The notes under the pieces: model-generated | What the model was told of the DNA's origin: nothing | Databases searched by the model: none | The model's input: only the letters and a program-made list of their open reading frames with translations | Position numbers and translations under genes: made by a program | Part shown: piece by piece, positions 25,451 through 36,419 of the stretch | Numbering within the stretch: position 1 is the stretch's first letter | How the letters are laid out: every line of letters begins with the position of its first letter | Assembly (NCBI RefSeq): GCF_963921235.1 | Contig: NC_086097.1 | Coordinates: 60,204,001 to 60,268,000 of the forward strand | DNA length: 64,000 nt | Direction: 5' to 3' | Origin: Mobula hypostoma | Taxonomy: Eukaryota

Positions 25451-26542
25451 CATAAGAGTCATAAAGAAGTACAGCACAGAAGCAGACCCTTTGGCCCATC
25501 TAGTCCATGTTGAGATAGTTTATAAGCTGCCTACTCCCATCCACTTGCACCAGGACCATTGCTCTCCATATCCCTGCTATCAATGTACTTATCCCAACTT
25601 CTCTTAATGCTGAAATTGAGCTCATATGCACCAGCTGTGCCGACAGCTCATTCCACACTCCCAAGACCCAGTGAGTGAAGAAGTTTCCCCTCATGTTCCC
25701 TGTAGAATTCTCACGTTTTACCCTTAACAAATAGCCTCTGGTTGTAGTCCCATTGAACCTCAGAGGAAAAAGCCTGCTTCCATTTAGCCTATATGTACCC
25801 CTCATAATGTTGTGTACCTCTATCAAATCTCCTCCCAAACTTCTACGTTCTGAGGAATACAGTTCTAGCCTATTTAATCTTTCCTTATAACTCAGGTCCT
25901 TCAGACCCGGCAACATCCTTGCAACTTTTCTTTGCACTCTTTCAATCTTGTTTGCATCTTCCCTGTAGGTGGGTGACCAAAACTGCACACAATACTCAAA
26001 ATTAGGCCTCACTAATGTCTTATACAACTTTAACATAACATATCTTCCTCTGGACTCAATACATTGATTTATGAAGGTCAAATTGTCAAAAGGTTTCTTT
26101 ATGACCCTATCTAGCTGTGATGCCACTTTCAATGAATTATGGACCTGTATTCCCAGATCCATTTGTTGTACCACACTCCTCAGTGCCCTACTGTGTAAGA
26201 CCTATCCTGGTAGGTCCTACCAAAGTGCAAAACCTCGCATTGTCTGCATTAAATTCCATTTGCCATTCTTCTGCCCATTTTCCAGCGGATGCACATCTGG
26301 CTGCAAGCCATGATAGCTTTCCTTGCTGTCCACTAACCCCCAATCTTGGTGTCATTTGCAAATTTGCTGATCTAGTTAACTACATTATCATCCAGATCAT
26401 TGATATAGATGACAAACAACAACAGACCCAGCACCAATCCTTGTGGCACACCATTAGTCATGGGGCTCCAAACAGAGAAGCAACCCTCTACTACCACTCC
26501 CTGGCTTCTTCCACAAAGCCAATATCTAATCCAATTTACTAT
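25451..26542 (-). mobile_element. CR1-clade LINE 3' portion (relatively young)
   Basis: 224-aa ORF 25500-26174: DLGIQVH..LYKTLVRPNFEYCVQFWSP..IERVQRK..FFTHWVLGVWN. Confidence 0.92.
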
Positions 26543-27297
26543 CCTATCATGCTGCTGATGAACAATCTACTAATGATGAGAGTGGCACATGACTGAATAG
26601 CCTTTATACTTATAATATGAAAATTCTTGAGACAAGTAATATTGCTTACAGCACAAGTGAAAGGAAAATTAATTAAAATGAAATTAGACACTGGCTTCAC
26701 AGTTTCAGTTATTCCACAAAATGAGTTCCAATGGCATTACGGAGATACTGAACTGAAGCCTGCAGATATCAAACTAAGACCTTATATTGGAAAAAAAGAT
26801 AACTCCCGTGGAGATGACACTTGTAACAGTGAAATACAGCAGCCAAAAAGCTACATCGGGCTTGTTTGTGGTAAAAGCAGGAGGGGCATCATTGTGTGGC
26901 TGTGATTGGCTGAGAGAACTACAAATTGATTGGAGATCCATTTACAATTTACATGCCGCAATCCCTGTAATAGAGTATACTGGAAGCAAATAAAAGGTTC
27001 TGGATGATGGCTCAGCAGTGTTCAGGGATGGCAATGGAAAACTCAAACCTATCAAGGGTAAAAAACAGTTAAAGGAAAATGTCACACCCAAGCTTTACAA
27101 AGCTCGCCTGGTTCCTTATACCATCCACAGCCAATGAGCTAGATTGCATGGTTGCTGTAGGAATTATTTCCAAGTTTGGTCCCAGTAACCAAGAAGAATA
27201 GGTCTGTCAGGATCTGTAGTGATTTTAACATCACCATCAACCCAGTACCATCAATACATGCTTTGTAAACCTTACTGGAGTAGAACAATTCAGCAAC

Positions 27298-27435
27298 ACT
27301 TATATTGCAAGCCCAAAGATGGGAATCAGGTGCCTATGACTAACTCAGACAAGGAACAGCTGGAAGACCCGGAGTCCTGAGTCCACGGACCGGACCGTGA
27401 ACTGGAATGCGGACTTCACAGATCGGACCATGACA
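27298..27435 (-). mobile_element. Truncated LTR 5' end replacing part of the Gypsy RT
   Basis: Minus strand starts TGTCATGG, is CpG-rich and ends near cacctg..TATAAG; the host RT core is missing at this point. Confidence 0.5.
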
Positions 27436-28020
27436 CAACACAACAAGTGTGAATACTTTAAACCAAACATCACTTACTGTGGTCACACCATTGATGCACA
27501 AGGGTTGCAAGAGGGTTCTGAGAAAATTCAAGCAATAGTGGATGCCCGAAGGCCGAAGGATGTGTCACAGTTACAGTCCCTTTTAGGATTTCCCAATTAC
27601 TTTAACAGTTTCCTGCCAAACCTGGCTACTTTGATCCACCCCTTCAAATTATTACTACAGATCATGTAGAAATGGCAATGGACAATGCAGTGAGAGACAG
27701 CTTTCCAAAAGACAAAGGAAATGGTGACAGGTGACACTGTACTTGCACATTATAATATAAATTGTCTAGTTAAGCTTGCTTGTAATGCCTCACCTTATTT
27801 TATAGGTGCAGTCATGTCACATGTTATGAGTGACGGAAGTGTCTGTTCCATAGCCTTTACATCACATTCTCTAACTGCTGCAGAGGAAAATTATACACAG
27901 ATTGGCAGAGAGGCCTTGAGTCTGGTTTGGGATGTAAAGCATTTCAACCAGTACTTGTATGGAAGTGAGTTTACCCTCATTACTGATCACCAACCACTGG
28001 TGTACATTTTCAATCCACAG

Positions 28021-29838
28021 ATCGCCAGGAAGCTGAGTAGTGTAATAACAACAACCTCTCACTCAATGTCAATAAGACCAAGGAACTGACAGTAGAGTTC
28101 AGGAGAGGGGTACCAGAGTTTCATGAACCAGTAATAATTGGAGGATCAGAGGTGGAGATGGTCATTAATTTTAAATTCTTTGGTGTCACTATCTCAGAGG
28201 ATCTGTCCTGGACCCATCATATAAATATAATTCGAAGAAAGTACTATGGTCCCTCTACTTCCTCAGGAGTCTGCAGAGTTTGGGCATGCCATTAAAAACC
28301 TTGGCAAACCTCTCTGGTGTAAAGTGTGCTTACTGGCTGTGTTACGGACTGGTATGAAAACACCAATGCCTTTGAATGGAAAATCCTCCGAGAGGTAGTG
28401 TGTTCAGCTTAGTACATCACGAGTAAAACCCTCCCAACCATTGAGTACATCTACATGCGCACATCTTAGTGTGCATGCGTCGGTCATGCATGCAGCCTGT
28501 TACAGCTGTTCCAACAAGTATTCTTACTTTTTTCTTCTTACTCTTAACTTACGTTGGTTTTTGTATCTTTTTTCATGGTAACACGTTGAAGCTGCACCCT
28601 CTCTAACTTGCTGGTAGAGAGAGCTTTATTTGAGTTTTTAGAGCTGGAAATAGTTACATTCCGACACGTCTCATTAGCGGGGAAGAAGCGTGGTCGCATC
28701 ATTTATTCCAGGGACCAGCTGATTGAGCTTAAGCCGGCCGGTTTAGCGAGCAGAGCAGCGGACACCCCTGCTGAAATCTGGAGGAAAACACACAGAGGAT
28801 GCAGAGGGGGATCACAAAGGCAGGAAAGAGGACTGGGTTGAGACAACAGAGACTTATGGAGAAGAGGAGTTCGATGGGTAATAAAATGGACGAGTTCACG
28901 GCACTAGCCAGGCGTCAGAGAACATTTCAGGAGTGTAGTTTTATGTGTTTTACGGGAACGGGGCTGCACAAGGACATACCTGATCAAACCTTTTCCATGG
29001 ACGGCTTCCAGACCGTTCTGGCTGACCGGAAGTGCACTGAGAGCAGTAAGCATAAAGGAGTTGGGTGCTTTCTGTTCTGGTTAATAACGGATGGTGCAAT
29101 CTGGGTCATATTACAATCGAGGAACGTCTTTATAGACTGGATATTGAACTTTTTGCTGTTGGACTCCGGCCATATTCCACTGTGATAAAACACTGGGCGT
29201 CACGGGAGGTTGTTCCTGCCTGTGGCCATCGAACTTTGCAGCTCCTTCTGTGGAGGGTCAGACACCCTGAGCCAATAGGCTGGTCCTGGACTTATTTCCA
29301 TCTGGCATAGTTTGCATTTTGTTGTTTGATTGTTTGTGGTTTTTGTATTGCTATATTTATGCTCTATTCTTGGTTGGTGCGGCTGTAACGAAACCCAATT
29401 TCCCTCGGGATCAATAAAGTATATCTATCTATCTATCTATCTATGAAATGTTGCCATGGAAAAGCAGCACCCATCATCAAAGATCCTCACCACCCAGGTC
29501 ATACTCTTTTCTTGCTGCTGCCATCAGTTAGAAGATACAGGTTCTCCAGATCTACACTAGCACGTTCAAAAACAATTACCTACTACCCTCAACCATCAGG
29601 CTCTTGAACAAAAAGGGGATAACTGCGCTCATTTAAGGATTCTTTTATCTTGTTATTTCATGCTCATTATTTATTGCTCTTTATAGATTATCTGAATTTG
29701 CAGTTTGTTTACAGTTTACAGATCCTGTTTACTGTTACGGTTTTATAGAATTGCTAAGTATGTCTGCAGTAGAAGGATCTCAGGATTGTATGTGGTGAGA
29801 TCTATGTACTCTGATAATAAATTTTACTTTGAACTTTG
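28021..29838 (+). mobile_element. Rex1/Babar LINE 3' portion nested in Gypsy A
   Basis: tcaatgtcaataagaccaaggaactg and FKFFGVTISEDLSW; tail aataaattttac(tttgaac)n; Gypsy resumes at 29839. Confidence 0.85.
28458..29443 (+). mobile_element. Internally deleted Rex1/Babar-like element (5' UTR and endonuclease N-terminus fused to the 3' end)
   Basis: SMGNKMDEF..FMCFTGTGL..DGFQTVLADR..ELFAVGLRPY (APE start); jumps at ~29190 to a 3' UTR ending aatttccctcgggatcaataaag(tatc)n. Confidence 0.8.
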
Positions 29839-31341
29839 AAGAAGGGTTTTCCATTAACAGCAACAGCATGAATGCAGAGATGGGCTGTCTCTTGGAGGAC
29901 ACAGTCATAAGTATGTCTATTATGGCAGAAATTATTCAGAGAAAAACCAGAAAAAAAATCATACTGTCTCCAAGCTATATGGAAACCCAAAATCACTGGA
30001 ATGTGCAGCGGAAATTCAAGTTCCTCATTTTTTACCCATGCTGGGATGAACTTGCCCTTGACAAGACTAGCCTTTGTGGGAATTGAGAGTTGTTGTACCA
30101 TCTAAGCTGAGAGCAGAAGTGTTGGAGGAGTGACATGCCAGTCATCTAGACAGAGTCAAAATTAAAGTGTAGGCTTGAAGCTTTGTCTGGTAGCCAGGGA
30201 TGCAGTAATTCAGCAGATCGAGCAGCTGGCCATGCACAATTTGGGATGCCAACACATTCAGAAGATGCCAAGAGCAGTGCCTTTCCATCCCTGGGAGTGG
30301 CCTGCACTGCCTTCTCAAAAGATTAATGTGGATTTTGCAATGGGCACAGATTCCTAGGTCATAGTGGGTGCAGCTACAAAGTGGTCAGAAATGTTCCCAA
30401 CAGCATCCACTACAGGCTCACACACTGTTGATTTGTTGAGAGGTCTTTTCTCAAGGACTGTTTTTTCAGAACACTCAGTCAGTGACAATGGACTACAGTT
30501 TGCTGCAGAACAGTTTCAGTCATTCCCAAAAATGAATGGAATAAGACATATTACATCTGCACCCTATCACCCAAGCTTGAAACAAAGGATTGTCCAGAGT
30601 CTAAGGAATACATGTGAGCAATGTCAACAGGACACACTATACTGACACTGAATCAGAAGCTCGCCAATCTTATCCTTGAGTATTGCAACTCAACCCATTC
30701 CACACTAACAACTCACCAGCTACGCTGTCCCTGGGTCATTCCTTGCACTCACACTTGGATCTCCTCAAGCAATTTCAGAAGGAGTATGCAGGACAAATAG
30801 GAGAGCAAATTGAAGGCTCCTCAAACAAAGAGGTTTGATATTTTATTCCTGGACAAGAGTCCTGCTGAGGGACTACAGAGATGATCAAAAGTGGGTTACT
30901 CGGAAAGATTAAGAACAGAAGTGCACCACTCTCCTACACAGTGGAGATTGTATCTGATGACATCTGAAGGTGACACATTGACCAGCTGAGTGGAACAGAA
31001 TCAATTGTTGGAGAAGAAAGGTGTTCAAAATCACTTCCTGCAGTCCCAGAGTCAACTCCTATAACCTCCACAGAGGATGTCCCGGAACCTGAGATTGTTT
31101 CACAGACTTTAGTCTCACCTGCCAAGCAGAGTGAACACCCCTTGTCAGTAAAGACGCTGTCCCACAAGTATAAGAAATTTTTCACAGCAATTAAATCTTT
31201 AGGCCTGAATGGGATGTCTATATAGTTATTGCATTTATATAGGATACTGTGTAGTTAAGATAATCAGTGAGCAATACCTTACATATATGAGTTGAGATGT
31301 ACTCTGTATTAAATTGGAGTTTATAGCTAAGCAGGGAGGAG

Positions 31342-31581
31342 TGTAATGTATTTAATATTTCAGTAATATTTTAGCAATCTTGTAAATATATTGCTTATTA
31401 AGCATTCTCTGTTTGTTTACATAATTCGTTACGGGTTATATGTAATAAGTATGTGAATGGCATGCGTCATTATACCACCACATCATACATGAGCGCCCCA
31501 CTAAAGTAAAACTGAAAGGACCAGTTTCACTGCTCCCGTGTTTTTCCTCTCGATTAGTGTCTGGAGTTACAAAACATAACA
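31342..31581 (+). repeat. 3' LTR of Gypsy relic A
   Basis: PPT aagcagggaggag, then TGTAATG...CATAACA; homologous to 51423-51660. Confidence 0.85.
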
Positions 31582-33868
31582 GATGCAGCTATCAACTTTG
31601 AAATCATGAAACTTGCATCAAACTGAAAATTGACTGAGTAGCTTTGAGTAGAAAAACAACTTGTCCATGACTTGTTTTGTCATCTGACATCAAGTAACCA
31701 GTAATCAGGATTTATTACCAGTAATTTTCTGATGTTGTACAGGGTTTGAGCACATTTATATCATTTTGTAATTTGAACATGTATTGTTGGCTATTGTCTG
31801 ACAAAGTATGACATAGTTTCTAACTTTTTTTCAGATTAATGCTGCTCCCTGAGGGGGAAATAAAACAAAATCTTATTTGTTGTAGTACGTGTTAAATGTT
31901 AATGTGAATTTCTATCGAACTGATTGGATTCCTTTATCCTTCACTGTAATCTACCTATAGATCACAGAAAAATGTCACCATCATGGAAAATATTAAATTT
32001 TCTAACTTTGCCTTAAGAAACTCTGAAGTCTGAACATTCATTTGGTTGAAGATGGAATATAAAAATAATTGAAAATAAAAAAAATATAATGATTCTGTAA
32101 ATCCAAATTAAACAGATCTAAGACACGTTATCGCAGAAATACTGTTTATCTTCTCACAGATACTATTTCATTTGTATTTTTTTTGATTTTATGGAATTTG
32201 ATTACTCCAATTTTAATCAAATTAAATTGGTTTGATTGTTTTAAAATGTCAGGGAACCTCTATAGTAAATTGATTCTTGATGCCAGATATTAAAACAAAG
32301 ATGTATAGGAAAGCAGAATCTGAGAGGAAGTATTGTAATGATTATGTCTGGATAGTTTGCACATTGAGCTCTTACATTTCAGTTTAAAGCAAACAATTTG
32401 AGTCTGCACAGTGCTTCTAACTGCAACAATGAATGTGACCCCAGAAGACATTTTGTCCCTTCTGTTCTGCTTCTCCTGTATTTTAAGTTTGTATTCAGAA
32501 AATACACATTTACTGTACACTGTGTACTTATGTCTATTATTTGAATTTGTTTATATTTTGATGGAGTAATGATGTAATCTAATAATAGTTATTACTTTGA
32601 GAAATCTGAGGGAAAAAAAGATCCTAAAGATTTTGATTGCATCCTTTATACTATACTGACTATTATTGTGCATATTATTTGCTTCAATTTTGACCCCTTC
32701 AGAAATTTTGAAATTGGCCAAAAACAAGTTTACAACGTGTATTTCACATTCAGAGACAGATGCCAAGGCATGATCCATGCAATTGGTACATTTTTGTTCT
32801 GTGTCACAATTAAAGAAGGTCTCTGTCTCTTAAAGTCCTCATAGACAGAGCACAGCAAAGCAAACCATTACTACTGAAGCTGGGCCATCAGTATAAGAGC
32901 TTTTTGTGGTTGTGAGGAAATTTACATGAAATCAAAAGGAAAGGGAGCAAACCTCCAGGATCTAGGTTACATCTCTCCTGGTACAGTTACTAATGTCAAG
33001 GATTTCAGACCAAATTGCTTCAGGTCAAAACTCGATTATCACTAGTGAAATTATTTTCTAATAAAAAGGATTTATTAAAAATGCTGTAGCACTGCAGGAT
33101 CTTCAAGGATCATCACTTTGTCATGGTGGAAAGGTTTATGAGGTTCTGAGATCCCAAGAGCGAAGCCATCTTAAGGTTAGGCATCTGTGCTCAACTCCTA
33201 ATAAGGTCAGCCATGGGGGTAAGGTCAAGGGGAGGTTCTAGATTGGAGTGAACCAACCAAGAACTCAGCAGTAGAACTGTTGGAAGATGATGACACACCA
33301 CAATGGCAGTGATGATGGAAGAAGACTGCAGCAGTAAACGGTTCCCAGTCATCTTCCAGTCCATGTCACTGAGCCCTGACCATGATCTATTAGGGCCATG
33401 TGCAGCCTCCCAGCATTAAACAAATTCATGCACAGGCAGTCACCATTAAGGGAATCCCCGTGGATCAGCATCTACAGCCACCTGAGGACCCATCAATAGA
33501 CAACCCCTTAGGAGAACATCATACTCGACTCGAGTGATCACACTACTCCCGTATGATTGTGAAATAATTCAGCCAATATCATATTTTGTAATGAATGAGT
33601 GTGGCCTCTGATGTATTGTTGATTCCAGTCAGGGGATTCTCCCACGTTTAGGTGACTCTTCCGACACTTAGGTAGGCAATCTCTGGGGAGCGATCTGAAT
33701 GAGAGGATGAAAATAAAGAGCAAGGTCACATGCTGGGAAGCAAAATCTATTAATGTTGCTTGTTCACTGGGTGCTCTCATTTATAAATAGGTTAGTTAGA
33801 AGTGAATGCTTGAGTAGTATAAAGTGACAAATCAATAACATTGTGGTGTTATTGTAGATAGTGAAATA

Positions 33869-35516
33869 CAGTGCCTATGAAAAGTATTCAGCCCGTTTGG
33901 AAGTTTTCATGTTTTATTGTTTTACAATGTTGAATCACAGTGGATTTAATTTGGCTTTTTTATACCGATCAACAGCAAAAGATTGTTTCATGTCAAAGTG
34001 ATCTAAATTAATTACAAATATAAAATACAAAATAATTGATTACATAAGTAATCACCCTCTTTAATATGACATACCAAATCATCACTGGTGCAGCCAGTTG
34101 GTTTTAGAATTCACATAATTAGTTAAATGGAGATCACCGTGTGCAGTCAATGTGCTTCAATTGATTGTACTAAAAATACACCTATATCTGGAAGGTCCAA
34201 CTGCTGGTGAGTCAGTACCCTAGCAAAAACTACACCATGAAGCTGAAAGATTATTGAAAAGCACAACAGGAGATGGATACAAGAAAATCTCCAAGTCACT
34301 GAATATCCCTTGGAGTACAGTTAAGTCAATCAGCAAGAAATGGAACGAATATGATACAAGTGTAAATCTGCCTAGAGCATGCCATCCTAAAAAACTGAGT
34401 GACCATGCAAGAAGGGGACTAGCGAGGGAGGCCACCAAGAGACCTATGAAAACTCTGAAGGAGTTACAAGCTTCAGTGACTGAGGTGGGAGAGACTGCAC
34501 ATACAACAACTGTTCTCCGGGTTCTTCAACAGTTGCAGCTTTATGAGAGAGTGGCAGAGAGAAAGTCACCATTGAAAAAAAATTAACATGAAATCTCGAC
34601 TTGAGTTTGCCAGAAGGCATGAGGGAGATTCTGAGATCAGCTGGAAGAAGGTTCTATGGTCTGATGAAACCAAAATTGAACTCTTTGTCTATGAGACTAA
34701 ACTCTATGTTTGGCTTAAGACAAGCACTTCACATCATCAAAAACACATCATCCCATGCATGAAACATGGTGGTGGCTGCATCAGGCTGTGAGGATGCTTC
34801 ACTACAGCAGGCCTTGGAAGGCTTCTGAAGGTACAGGGTAAAATACAGGGAAATTCTGGAGGGAAACCTGATGCAGTTTGCAAGAGAACTGCAATGTGGG
34901 AGAAGATTTGTTTTCTAGCAAGATAATGACCCTAAACATAAAGCCAAAGCTATACAGGAATGGCTTAAAAACAACAATGTTAATGTCCTGGAGTGGCCAA
35001 GTCAGAGTCCAGACCTCAATTCCATTGAAAATTTGACGCTGGACTTGAAAAGGGCTGTTCACTCACGATCCCCATGTAATCTGCAAGAGTTTGAACAGTT
35101 TGGTAAAGAAGAATGGGGAAAAATTAGTCTACAGATGTGCAAAACTGATAGAGACCTATCCACACAGACTCAAGGCTGTAATTGCTGCCAAAGTTGCATC
35201 TACTAAATACTGATTTGAAGGGGATGAATACTTATGCAATCAATTATTTTGTGTTTTATATTTGTAATTAATTTAGATCACTTTGTAGGGAACGCAAACA
35301 ACTGGAATTCTGCTGATGCTGGAAATTCAAGGAACACACATCAGCAACTTTGATGTGTGTCACTTTGTAGAGATTTGTTTTCACTTTGACACAAAAGGGT
35401 CTTTTTCTGTTGTTCAATGTCAAAAAAGCCAAATTAAATCCACTGTGATTCAATGTTGTAAAACAATAAAACGTGAAAACTTTCAAAGGGGTGGTGAACA
35501 CTTTTTATATGCACTG
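33869..35516 (+). mobile_element. Tc1/mariner DNA transposon, full length, with decayed DD34E-type transposase
   Basis: TA TSDs at 33867-68 and 35517-18; ~200-bp TIRs CAGTGC...GCACTG; GDGYKKISKSLNIP (HTH), [24 protein letters not shown]; stop near 35213. Confidence 0.95.
35289..35359 (-). mobile_element. 71-bp Penelope-terminus micro-insertion in the right Tc1 TIR
   Basis: 11-bp TSD TCACTTTGTAG at 35278-35288 and 35360-35370; resembles the reverse complement of 8895-8940. Confidence 0.75.
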
Positions 35517-36419
35517 TATGAAGCTTTCCCATTATTTACCTTGAAAAGGGAGTTTGATTCAAAGACTTAGAAATAACCTCATAGCTCCAAATATCTGCCA
35601 CAAGGGAGTTGTGAGGGCTTCATTGACTTGAAATCTTTGAATCCCTGAATCTGCCTTACCCTCCTTCCATAACTCATTGTATTCCAATCTGGCCAGTGCA
35701 TACTGATAAGCACAGAGGTACTAGTTATATTGGTAATATTCACTGATTGGCAAGTCAAAGAATCAGACCTATTGACATCTGCAGGGAGAAGTACATTTTG
35801 CAGAGGTACATTTTTCTTTAATTTGCAATATATCAAGAACTACAGTGATTTTGTTGTGCGCTATTTAATTAAGCAGAGCAGAAGCTACCAGCATTTTCCT
35901 ACAAAGCCACCTGTAATGGAATATTATACATCATCTGCTCCCTCTTGGCTTCTCATTGCTGTACCGTATTGGTAGCAAGTGAACTGTGGAGAGACTCACT
36001 TGATGTACTACATGAGGATTATAGTCATCAAATATGTTCATGAGCAGATTCCCTCTATAAGTAAATACTTTTGTACGTTGTCTATCTTCATTGTTCTGCA
36101 GGAAGACAGTGCACCTGGACTAGAAAAGGATCATCCCCCTTGGAGTCTACTTCCCTCGCTGCTCCTCTTCTTTCTGCATAAGCTTCTAGGGTCTCAGGCT
36201 GTGCATCTCTTGGCCTTTCCTGCTTGGGCATTGGCTTCTGAATTTTGTTGGCTTTGTTATGCTGAAATCATTCAACATCCTGCAATGAAGTCTCCACACC
36301 TATTTGGTGTACTGCAGTGTTATCCAAGCTGATGAAACAGGGGACATTTTTTTTAAAACTATGATAGCATTCTTCATAATTCTCATTGTTCTTCCAAGGC
36401 TGTTGTTGTACCTACACTT

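Larger units (their letters stand above)
26545..31581 (+). mobile_element. Old Ty3/Gypsy relic A (protease, RT, RNase H, integrase, 3' LTR) with nested insertions
   Basis: KMKLDTGFTVSVI (protease), ITYCGHTID..LQSLLGF, ACNASPY..YTQIGREAL..TDHQPL, VSDNGLQF..SAPYHP; PPT and LTR present. Confidence 0.9.

Noticed and set aside
32376..32478. Minus-strand exon (EKQNRRDKMSSGVT..) with GTAAGA donor
   Set aside because: The acceptor lacks a polypyrimidine tract and no homology is recognisable.
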